Shown: positions 25,571 to 36,039 of the stretch, one piece after another | Position numbering within the stretch: position 1 is the first letter of the stretch | How the letters are laid out: each line of letters begins with the position of its first letter | Assembly: GCA_050613775.1 (NCBI GenBank) | Contig: JBODTK010000124.1 | Coordinates: 124,001 to 188,000 of the forward strand | Direction of reading: 5' to 3' | Source: Neocallimastix sp. 'constans' | Lineage: Eukaryota | DNA: 64,000 bases | Translations under genes and position numbers: made by a program | The notes under the pieces: generated by a model | What the model saw: the letters and a program-made list of their open reading frames with translations, nothing else | Told to the model about the DNA's origin: nothing | Databases searched by the model: none

Positions 25571-27151
25571 ATGAAAACTTTAAATTTTATTACCATTTTC
25601 ATGGCCATGTTAGTGGCTGTTTGTACTAGTAAGAATTTAGAATGGTTCCGTCAAAGACCAAATAATAAGCCAAATAAACTTCCAGCTCCAACTGAAAATG
25701 AAATTCCTGATTATGAAAATGTTTTAAAAATTTTCAAACAAGTTAATGGTGTTCCACGTCCAAGTCAACATGAAGAAAAGATGGGTTATTTCCTTGTCGA
25801 TTTCGCTAAAGAACATGATCTTGAATATGTTATGGATGGTAAGAATGTCATTATATATAAGGAAGCTACTCCAGGTATGGAAGGAACACCAATGATTACT
25901 TTACAAACTCATCAAGATATGGTTTGTGTTGCTAAGGATGGTTATGAAATTGATTTCTTAGAACAAGGTATTGAAAGTTACAATGATGGTACTTACATCA
26001 GAAGTAAGGATAATAATACTTCTCTTGGTGCTGATGATGGTATTGGTGTCTCAATTGTTCTTGCCATTCTTGAAAGTAAGACTATCAGTCATGGTCCATT
26101 AGAATGTCTTTTCACTTGGGATGAAGAACAAGAATTCAGTGGTGCTATTGCTCTTACTCCAGGAATTCTTAAAGGTAAATATATGATGAATATTGATTGG
26201 GAAACCGATGGTGAACTTTGTATTGGTACAGCTGGTGGTTTAGATGTTGCTGCTAATCTTGCCTACAACATCACTGAAACTCCAAGTGGTTATGCTGCTT
26301 ACAATCTTTCTGTTTCTGGTTTAACAGGTGGTCATAGTGGTGTTGCTATTGTTAATGGTGGATCTAATGCTATTAAACTCTTAGGTGATTTCCTTGCTAC
26401 TATTTCTGATCTTCGTCTTGCTGCTATTGAAGGTGGTTCATTCCCAAATGTTATTTCTATTTCTTCTAAGGCTACTGTTCTTGTTCCAGAAGCTCAAAAA
26501 ACTGAATTTGAAACTAAATGGGAAACTTACGTTGCTGAAGTTAAAGCTAAATATGCTACTGCTGATCCAAACATGGAATTAACTATTGTTGAAACTGAAA
26601 CTCCAAAGGAAAGTATGACAGAAGTTCAAACTAAAGCAGTCTTTGCTGGTCTTGCTAATGCTGCTCAAGGTGTCACTGAATGGAGTGAAACTGTTAAAGA
26701 TATTTTCGAAACTTCTAACAATGTTGGTCCAATCACCATGAAAGATGGTACCTTAAATATTGAATATTTAGTTCGTGGTTTCAACAATGACAATATTGCT
26801 AAATTAGCAGACATTATCATTTCAGGTTTTGAAGGTAGTATGGTTGGTTTCACCACCAGAAAGTATGGTGCTTTCTCTCCATGGAATCCACCATTAGATT
26901 CTGCTTTAATGAACTATGCTCGTAACATTTACCAAGAACACTTTGGTAAACCAATCAGTCTTCGTAAAGTTGGAGGTGGACTTGAATTATCTGAATTTGC
27001 TGTTGTCTATCCAGACATGCAATTCATTAGTTATGGACCAACTGTTAATGATCCACACACTATTAATGAAACTGTTGAAGTTAAGACAGTTAAGAGCACC
27101 TGGGAATACACTGTTGAATTACTTCGTAACATTAAACAACTTGAAAATTAA
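25571..27151 (+). CDS. pepD: Secreted PepD-like M20C metallo-dipeptidase (aminoacyl-histidine dipeptidase family), copy 1, 526 aa
   Basis: PepD motifs PRPS.HEE, QTHQDMV, LGADDGIG, DEE, NID.E, GGHSG, TSNNVG, GLE and GPT...PH...E. The hydrophobic N-terminus MKTLNFITIFMAMLVAVCTS looks like a signal peptide. No intron. Confidence 0.93.
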   Translation: MKTLNFITIFMAMLVAVCTSKNLEWFRQRPNNKPNKLPAPTENEIPDYENVLKIFKQVNGVPRPSQHEEKMGYFLVDFAKEHDLEYVMDGKNVIIYKEATPGMEGTPMITLQTHQDMVCVAKDGYEIDFLEQGIESYNDGTYIRSKDNNTSLGADDGIGVSIVLAILESKTISHGPLECLFTWDEEQEFSGAIALTPGILKGKYMMNIDWETDGELCIGTAGGLDVAANLAYNITETPSGYAAYNLSVSGLTGGHSGVAIVNGGSNAIKLLGDFLATISDLRLAAIEGGSFPNVISISSKATVLVPEAQKTEFETKWETYVAEVKAKYATADPNMELTIVETETPKESMTEVQTKAVFAGLANAAQGVTEWSETVKDIFETSNNVGPITMKDGTLNIEYLVRGFNNDNIAKLADIIISGFEGSMVGFTTRKYGAFSPWNPPLDSALMNYARNIYQEHFGKPISLRKVGGGLELSEFAVVYPDMQFISYGPTVNDPHTINETVEVKTVKSTWEYTVELLRNIKQLEN

Positions 27152-28747
27152 AAACTATAATAAAAGAAGAATATTTTGAGATTTTTATTAATTTATATAT
27201 TAAATTATATTATTTAAAATATATATATATATATAGAATCTAGAAATATAATAGAAATTTAGGGTTTAAAATCATTAAAAATGTATATAATATAAAATTT
27301 TATATACCCTAACTGTTTTTATTTTAATTATTATAATTGCTGCTACACACATAAAATTAATAAATTTTATATTAATATTTTTTTTAAAAATTATATTTCA
27401 AAAATAATATTTAACTTGTTAATTAATAATTGAGTATTATTAATAAATAAAAAAATTAATAAAAAATAAAAAAATAAAAAAAAAAAAAAAAAATTAGTAT
27501 TTTTTTTTTTTTTTTAATTTCATTTTAATTTTATTTATTATTTTTGTTTTATTAATTTTATTTTATTTTTTTATTTGTTTTTTTAATTTTGTTTTATTAT
27601 TTTTATTATATTATTTTTATTATATTATTATTATTTTATTATTATCATTATTTATTAAATATTTTAATTTTTTTTTTTAAAATCTTTATTATCGATATAA
27701 GTAATTTATTATTTTCATTTTTTATTATATTAGTATTATTTAATGTATACATGATATCATAATACTGTTCTCATTACCCGAATTGTACTTGATTAGTATC
27801 AGAATACTACACTTTACACAAGTATCAGTATTATTCAATAAAGAAACATAAATGGCACATAACTGCGCTATAAACAATGTGGTGTTTATGGGTTCACGTC
27901 GACTTTCGTTTCTTAACCTTCATAATACACTATATATCTTTAGCTTCATTATATTATAAATATGTTTTTTGATATATGGGTATTTTGTAGATAGTAGTGA
28001 AAAATGTGAAAATAATGTAAAAGTAGCATATCTATGTATGAGTGTAATATATGAGTAAAAATATGCCTGCATAAAAATAAAAAATTTTAATTAAAAATAC
28101 ATATATATATATATTTTTTATTATATAAAAATAATATATTAAAAATTAAAAATATTAAAAGGTTTGTTCAATTTTTTATATGCTTAATAATTAGAAAGAT
28201 AACAGAAATAAAATAAAAATATTATTATATTTAATAAAATGATTATAATTATAAATGAAACAACAAATAAAAATAAATTAAGTATAGATAATATTTGTTT
28301 TTTTTTATCTTTTATTTATTTATTTATTTTTATTAATAATTCTTAATTATTTATTGTCAATTTAAATATTTATATGAAATAAAATTTTTATTAATTCATA
28401 TTGAAAAATTGTAAACTTTATATGTTTTTAGTAGTGATAATAATAGTATGAATAAATAAAAAAAAAAAAAAGTTACATTATATTTTAATTTAATCTTTAT
28501 TCTTTATTAATATATGCCTCTGAGAAACTTTAAATAGTAAAATATCTTATAATTTAAAATATTTTAATTTTTTATTTATTTTTATTTTATTTTATTTATT
28601 TATTTATTTTATTTTTTATATTTTTTATAATAATTTCAATATTTTTTTTTTATCAAAAAAAAAAAAAAAATACATCCATAAATATTAAAATATATACTTT
28701 ATAGTTATTTTAATCTGTACATTTATTTTATAGTTCAACATTCTATA

Positions 28748-28851
<104 letters not shown>

Positions 28852-29082
28852 TTAATTCTTATTATCATTGATTTAATTTTTTTTTTTAATTTAAAATTAT
28901 TTTTCAAAAATTTTTTTAATAAAAATTAATATCATAAACATAAGAATTTTTTATATAATTAGAAGTTATTTTAACCTTAGAATTTCTATAATATTTATAG
29001 TTTCTATATATTTTTTTAGATAGTATAATTTAATATTTAAATTAATAAGAATCTCAAAAATATTCTACTGTTATTACAGTTT

Positions 29083-30654
29083 TTAGTTTTCAAGTTGTTT
29101 AATGTTACGAAGTAATTCAACAGTGTATTCCCAGGTGCTCTTAACCGTCTTAACTTCAACAGTTTCATTAATAGTGTGTGGATCATTAACAGTTGGTCCG
29201 TAACTAATGAATTGCATGTCTGGATAGACAACAGCAAATTCAGATAATTCAAGTCCACCTCCAACTTTACGAAGACTGATTGGTTTACCAAAGTGTTCTT
29301 GGTAAATGTTACGAGCATAGTTCATTAAAGCAGAATCTAATGATGGATTCCATGGAGAGAAAGCACCATACTTTCTAGTAGTGAAACCAACCTTACTACC
29401 TTCGAAGCCTGCAATGATATTGTCTGCTAATTTAGCAATATTGTCATTGTTGAAACCACGAACTAAATATTCAATGTTTAAGGTACCATCTTTCATGGTG
29501 ATTGGACCAACATTGTTAGAAGTTTCGAAAATATCTTTAACAGTTTCACTCCATTCAGTGACACCTTGAGCAGCATTAGCAAGACCAGCAAAGACTGCTT
29601 TAGTTTGAACTTCAGTCATACTTTCCTTTGGAGTTTCAGTTTCAACAATAGTTAATTCCATGTTTGGATCAGCAGTAGCATATTTAGCTTTAACTTCAGC
29701 AACATATTTCTTCCATTTAGTTTCAAATTCAGCTTTTTGAGTTTCTGGAACAAGAACAGTAGCCTTAGAAGAAATAGAAATAACATTTGGGAATGAACCA
29801 CCTTCAATAGCAGCAAGACGAAGATCAGAAATAGTAGCAAGGAAATCACCTAAGAGTTTAATAGCATTAGATCCACCATTAACAATAGCAACACCACTAT
29901 GACCACCTGTTAAACCAGAAACAGAAAGATTGTAGGCAGCATAACCACTTGGAGTTTCAGTGATGTTGTAGGCAAGATTAGCAGCAACATCTAAACCACC
30001 AGCTGTACCAATACAAAGTTCACCATCGGTTTCCCAATCAATATTCATCATATATTTACCTTTAAGAATTCCTGGAGTAAGAGCAATAGCACCACTGAAT
30101 TCTTGTTCTTCATCCCAAGTGAAAAGACATTCTAATGGACCATGACTGATAGTTTTACTGTCAAGAATGGCAAGAACAATAGAAACACCAATACCATCAT
30201 CAGCACCAAGAGAAGTATTATTATCCTTACTTCTGATGTAAATACCATCATTGTAACTTTCAATACCTTGTTCTAAGAAATCAATTTCATAACCATCCTT
30301 TGCAACACAAACCATATCTTGATGAGTTTGTAAAGTAATCATTGGAGTTCCTTCCATACCCTTAGTAGCTTTTTTGTAGATAATGACGTTTTTACCATCC
30401 ATAACATATTTAAGACCGCGCTTTTTAGCGAAATCGGCAAGGAAATAACCCATTTTTTCTTCATGTTGACTTGGACGTGGAACACCATTAACTTGTTTGA
30501 AGAATTTTAAAACATTTTCATAACTTGGAATTTTAGAAGGTACAGGAAGTTTACCTGGTTTATTTGGTCTTTTAAAGAATCTGTCTACATTCTTACTAGT
30601 ACAGACAGCCACTAACATGGCCATGAAAATGGTAATAAAAGTTAAAGATTTCAT
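29083..30654 (-). CDS. pepD: Secreted PepD-like M20C metallo-dipeptidase, copy 2 (inverted), 523 aa
   Basis: Near-identical to copy 1 beyond about residue 45, all metal-ligand motifs intact, convergent with copy 1. Confidence 0.93.
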   Translation of the reverse strand: MKSLTFITIFMAMLVAVCTSKNVDRFFKRPNKPGKLPVPSKIPSYENVLKFFKQVNGVPRPSQHEEKMGYFLADFAKKRGLKYVMDGKNVIIYKKATKGMEGTPMITLQTHQDMVCVAKDGYEIDFLEQGIESYNDGIYIRSKDNNTSLGADDGIGVSIVLAILDSKTISHGPLECLFTWDEEQEFSGAIALTPGILKGKYMMNIDWETDGELCIGTAGGLDVAANLAYNITETPSGYAAYNLSVSGLTGGHSGVAIVNGGSNAIKLLGDFLATISDLRLAAIEGGSFPNVISISSKATVLVPETQKAEFETKWKKYVAEVKAKYATADPNMELTIVETETPKESMTEVQTKAVFAGLANAAQGVTEWSETVKDIFETSNNVGPITMKDGTLNIEYLVRGFNNDNIAKLADNIIAGFEGSKVGFTTRKYGAFSPWNPSLDSALMNYARNIYQEHFGKPISLRKVGGGLELSEFAVVYPDMQFISYGPTVNDPHTINETVEVKTVKSTWEYTVELLRNIKQLEN

Positions 30655-32161
30655 TGTTGATAATTTTTTTATATATTTTTATGTATTGTTTTATATTTTT
30701 ATTTATATATAATTAATTTAAGTATATTATTTTAAATTAATTACAAAAATATTGTTTATATTTTTATAATAAAAAAAATAGAACAGATCTGTATATTTAT
30801 ATAGTTTTTAAAAATTTCCAAAAAAAAAATAAAATAAAATAAAATAAAATAGGAATTAAATTTTCAATATATTAAAAAATGTATTGTTCATTATTATAAT
30901 TTTTTTTTTTTTTTTTTTAATTAAAATTTAATTAATATAATAATGTTTTTTACGATATTTATAATTAATAATTAGTTGTAAATAACAAAAAAAATTTTTT
31001 TATCATAAAAAATAAGATTAGAAATATCTTAAAAATAATAATAAATAATATTTATATAATTTATAAAGTTTGGAATTATATAAATTTTAATTTCATTATT
31101 TAAAATAATAAAATAATTAAAATTAACTATATATATTTAAATATTTTTTTATTTTTTTATGTTATAAATGATGAAAAAATAATCTTTGACCAAAATTTTA
31201 ATTTTAATTTAAAATGTTAATCTTTTCAAATATTTTTACAGTTTATAAAGTCATTTTATATATAAAGATATATAAATAGAAATTTTTATTATTATTTTTA
31301 TTTTTATTTTTATTTTTATTTTTAATATTATTAATATTACATGATAAAATTATTATTAATCTATATTAAATTATATATACCTAATTATAATTATTTAATG
31401 CTAATTAAAATTTTATGATAATTATTATTAATACTAGTATTAATTCTATAAATTAATCACTAATATTAATTATTTGTGTAACTATTTAATATTACTTTAA
31501 TTTAACCCTTTAATATTTTAACGAAGTTAAGTCATATCATAATAATTTCAATAATAATACTAAATAAATTTTTAATCATATTTCAATAATATAAAAAAGA
31601 AATAGCAATTTAAAAATAATCGTAGTTATTTAATTTTATAAAATACCTTTTTTTTTTAATAAATTAGAATTAAATAATAATAAAACAAAATTTTTATAAT
31701 ATAATTTTATAAATTTTTTTATACAAGCTGTAACTTAATATAGTCTCTTTATATATTTATTTTTTTATTAGTTGTTAAACATAAATAACTTTGTACTTAA
31801 ATTGAAAAATCATAGTTTTAAAAAATTTCATAATAAATGAATATAAATTTTTATAATAATAAATAAATATATTTTTTATTATATTTATCTTTAATATATT
31901 TATGTAATTGTAATTATTTTTTTTTTTTTTTTAATTTATATTAATAAATATTGCTTAGTTTATTATACAGAGAAAATAATTTTAAAAAATTTTAAATAAT
32001 TATATTTTATAATATATTCAATTCTACAAAATAATTTTATATTTTTCAAATTTTTTTTTTGGAAGATTTCTAGTAGGATGAATTTTTTTTTTTTTTTTAA
32101 TTTAATTAATATATAAAAACAGTTTTGACTATATTGCATGAACTGAATGTGAATATGTCAA

Positions 32162-32420
32162 TAAAAAATATTATTCTCTAGGGTAATCAAAAGTTTTTGG
32201 AGAGGTATTAGATTTTAGAAAAATTTGGATTATAAATACTACTACTCTAAATGTTGAAACATTTTTTGAAGAAGGTATTCTGATGATATTTGATTACAAA
32301 AAAAAAAAAAAAAAGATATATATACATATATATATATATTTCATTATTATAACTTTATGTACAACATATGTTAATATTACCCTACAAAACATACTTATCT
32401 ATCTATATTCAATCATTTAA

Positions 32421-32465
<45 letters not shown>

Positions 32466-32607
32466 TATTATTTTATAATTATTTTTTAAAAAAATTTCAA
32501 TAGATTTTTCTATAATTTCAACAATCTTTACCATCTAAAATTTTTTTTTTCTAAATATAATACCTCTTTAAAAACTTTTGATTATAATGTAGAATAAAAA
32601 TTATTTA
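32162..32607. mobile_element. MITE-like segment with ~70-bp imperfect terminal inverted repeats
   Basis: 32162-32230 is reverse-complementary to 32533-32607. The core TAATCAAAAGTTTTT (32184-32198) pairs perfectly with 32570-32584, followed by AGAGGTATTA/TAATACCTCT. No ORF, and no TSD resolved. Confidence 0.5.
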
Positions 32608-33010
32608 CCATTTAGTTTAGGTTAAAAACATTATTACAAGTAATTATCATAATCAATAAGACACGTACTTAAAGATACTACAATCTATGAAAGCTTTCAT
32701 TTTTAATGTTTATAACTGAAGCAACAACTTTTTTTTTTTGTAGCTAAAAAAATAATGAAAAATAAAAATTACATTATATGTACTAAAATTTACATTATTA
32801 AATATTCAAAAAAAAAAAGTTAAACATAATTTTAAAATTATATAATTAATGATATTTTATATTTATACTTTACAATATTAAAATAAAAATTAATTAGTTA
32901 ATTTTTTTTTAGTACTTATTATGTTTTAAAATAATAATAAAAAAATTAGACCTAATATTTAAATAATAATCAAATAAATGTTAAAAAATCCATAAACACA
33001 TATATAATAG

Positions 33011-33372
33011 ATATCCATCTCTCATTAGTGCCCCAAAAGTAATTACTGTAGGAGTGATGATATATGACATACCAGTATAGCGTTACCCCTCACAACACGT
33101 CGTTACACCTCTGCCTAGGGCTGGTATGTATCTCATTGAGTTGGGTTATACTGACCTCACTTCGAAGGGAAGTTAAGAACTGGTGTGGTACTCTGAGAAA
33201 AAGGGTATTATAAAAATTCTCAACAATAATATACATATCAGTGTGCCAATGCTAAACACTTAGTAAAGCCGTCCAGCAGGGACATTATCTGCCTATTAGA
33301 AATGTTGTAACTACCTCAATATTCCTGCTGCCTTTGAGGGGGGACTGAAACAAAGGGCGGTACACACACGAA
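33011..33372. other. GC-rich, non-coding, highly self-complementary element (SINE-related or structured RNA)
   Basis: Sharp GC island of ~360 bp. Stems at 33067-33075/33121-33129, 33274-33286/33318-33330 and 33269-33274/33355-33360. Minus strand 33057-33096 resembles 38994-39034. Confidence 0.55.
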
Positions 33373-36039
33373 ATAAATAAATATAAAAAAAAATATTATT
33401 AAAAATAAATATATTATTAAATAAAAAAAATATTTAATAAAATTATATTTATTAAAAAAAAAAAATCATTTATAATAATGTTCATTTCTACAGAAAAATA
33501 TATATATATTAGTATTATTATTATTTTATAATTTTTATATTTTTTTTTTAAATTATAGAATTGTTATTAAAAATTTATAGTATTGTACTTGGCTATGATA
33601 TTTAATTAACTTTGTTATGATATATGAAAGGGATATATTAAAAATAAAATATATTTATAATTAAAAATATTTATATCTATCAATTAAAAAAAAAAATTAT
33701 TTTATATGATTTTTCAATTAAATACACAAGTTATATAAATAACATGGAAAAAATATATATATGTTAAAGATTAATTAAAATTTATACCTGTTAATTATAT
33801 AATAAAAAAAAAATTGTATTGAAAAAAACTATATGCTTATAATAAACATATTATTTTAATTTTAATGTATTAAAAAAAACGTGCATAATTCAATTAACAA
33901 AACAGCTCTGATTTAACATAAATGACGATAAAAACACATATTGCTAATTGACGATAAAACCTGTATTTTTATAGCTATATCGATATATATATTAACATAT
34001 ATGCATATATCGTTAATATTGAATAAAACTGGTATGTTGTTCATTTATTTATACACGTTCCAGAATTAAATAAACAATAAAACAGCTATGAATTAATATA
34101 AATGATAGTGTTTTTAGCATTTGCAAACCTAGCTAGTTTGAGGATATCTGAACATGTTTTTGACCATGTTGAACGATTAAAAAAAAAAAAAAAAAAAAAA
34201 AAAGTTATTTAATAAAATTTTATTATTAAAAAATTCCTTTAAACTTTATTCTATTTTATTTTGAATAGTTGATATAAAAATGGGTTAAATTAAAGTGATA
34301 TTAAAAAAGTTACACAAATATCCATGTATTAGTGATGTGATGACTGATTTATATAATTTTAATTACTATTTAATAATTATTATTTATATATTTTTAATTA
34401 TTGTTTAATAATTATTTACGGAATTTTAATTACTATTTAATAATTAATATATATATAATTTTAGTTAATAATTATTTTTTACGGAATTTTAATTACTATT
34501 TATTATTGAGTTTTTTATGATTAAATTATTATTTATAATATAAAAAATTTTTTAATTTTATATTGATATATAAAAATATATATCAAAAATTTTTAAATAT
34601 ATATTTTTCATGTATAATTACATTTTTAAAAAAAAAAAAATAAATAAATCAAAACTATTGTCATAATTTTAAATAAATGACGTACCAAAAGTTTATTGTA
34701 GTTGAAAAAAAGGTAGTACATGTATTTTGACATGGAAAGCCTAATTTATTATTCTTGATTTATTAATTAATAAATATTTAACATAATTTTATTATATCAT
34801 ATATATTTAATAAATAAGTTACATCTTTATTTAAAAAAAAAAAAAAATATTTTAAAAAATATATTTTTAGAAAAATAGTATTAGATTTATTAATTTTTAT
34901 TTCTTAAAAAAATAAATAATGGCTGTATAATTCATTAAAAAAAATATTATTAATTAAATTCAAAAGTGATATTTTAATAATACTAATTATTTATTTATTA
35001 ACGATTTTAATAAATAAATAAAAAATAAAAATACTTAAAACTTATTATTAATATTTATTGTAATTCTATTTAAGTAATGAATTAAAGCCTCTATTCATTA
35101 TTATTGTTTATAAATTTTCCAGTTCATTTTTTCAATTTTTATTCAATAAAACATTAATATACAAATATTAAAAAATAAAATAAATATAGAAAATATTTAA
35201 TAAAAATATAAATACTTTAGTTGCACATACCATGTTTAAATTATAATATTTTTATTTTTAATAATTAAATTTGGATAAATAATATCATTATTTCATCAAA
35301 AATAGGATTTTTTATGAGTAAAAATTTTATTTTATATTAAAAATAAAAATTGATTAAAAAAATAAAATAAAATAAAATAAATAAAAAGTAAATAAATAAC
35401 TAAATAAATAATTAAATTTGATTTTTTTTTATATATATAACTTAAATTATTATTAATATTAAATTTATTTAGTTTTAATACTTTTATTAAATTATTTAAT
35501 GCTAGTTCAATTAATTTTTAAAATATTTTTAAAATAATTTATATTCCTTTTCATATATATGAAAATATAGGATTATATTAAAACATGATAAATTAAAGGG
35601 TTATTTTCAACCTTTTTTTTTAATTTTTATTCTTTTTGTTAGTTACTTTTTATTAATATTATTTTTTTTCATTTATTTATTCATTTATATTAATTTAATA
35701 AAACTCTTTTTCATAAAAAAAAATATTTATTTATTTATTTTTTGCTATAAACAATAATTATATTAATTTTATTTTTAAAAAAATATTTAATTTCTATTAT
35801 TATTATATTAAATATTAAAAAAAAATAAAATAAAATAAAAAAAAAAAATAAAAATAAAAATAAATATTATATTTTTAAGATTTAATCTATATTAATTTTT
35901 TTGGGGGGATGTAAATTTTTTCTATTTTTTTTATTTTTTTTTATTTTTTTTTTTATTTTTTATAAAATTATAATTAATACTTTTATAATTAACTTTTAAA
36001 ATATTATATCTAAATTAATTATATATAAAAGTATAAAAA

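Noticed and set aside
25839..26047. The segment missing from copy 3 begins with GTAAGA, like a 5' splice site, suggesting intron loss via a spliced cDNA
   Set aside because: The segment ends in ...ATTG rather than AG, encodes essential zinc ligands, and is bounded by TGGT microhomology, which fits a DNA deletion.
26385..27179. Recurrent 62-102 aa alternative-frame and antisense ORFs inside every peptidase copy
   Set aside because: They are shadows of strong codon bias and recur only because the host CDS is duplicated.
32687..32700. Perfect 14-bp palindrome ATGAAAGCTTTCAT
   Set aside because: Single occurrence, plausible by chance in 64 kb of AT-rich DNA.
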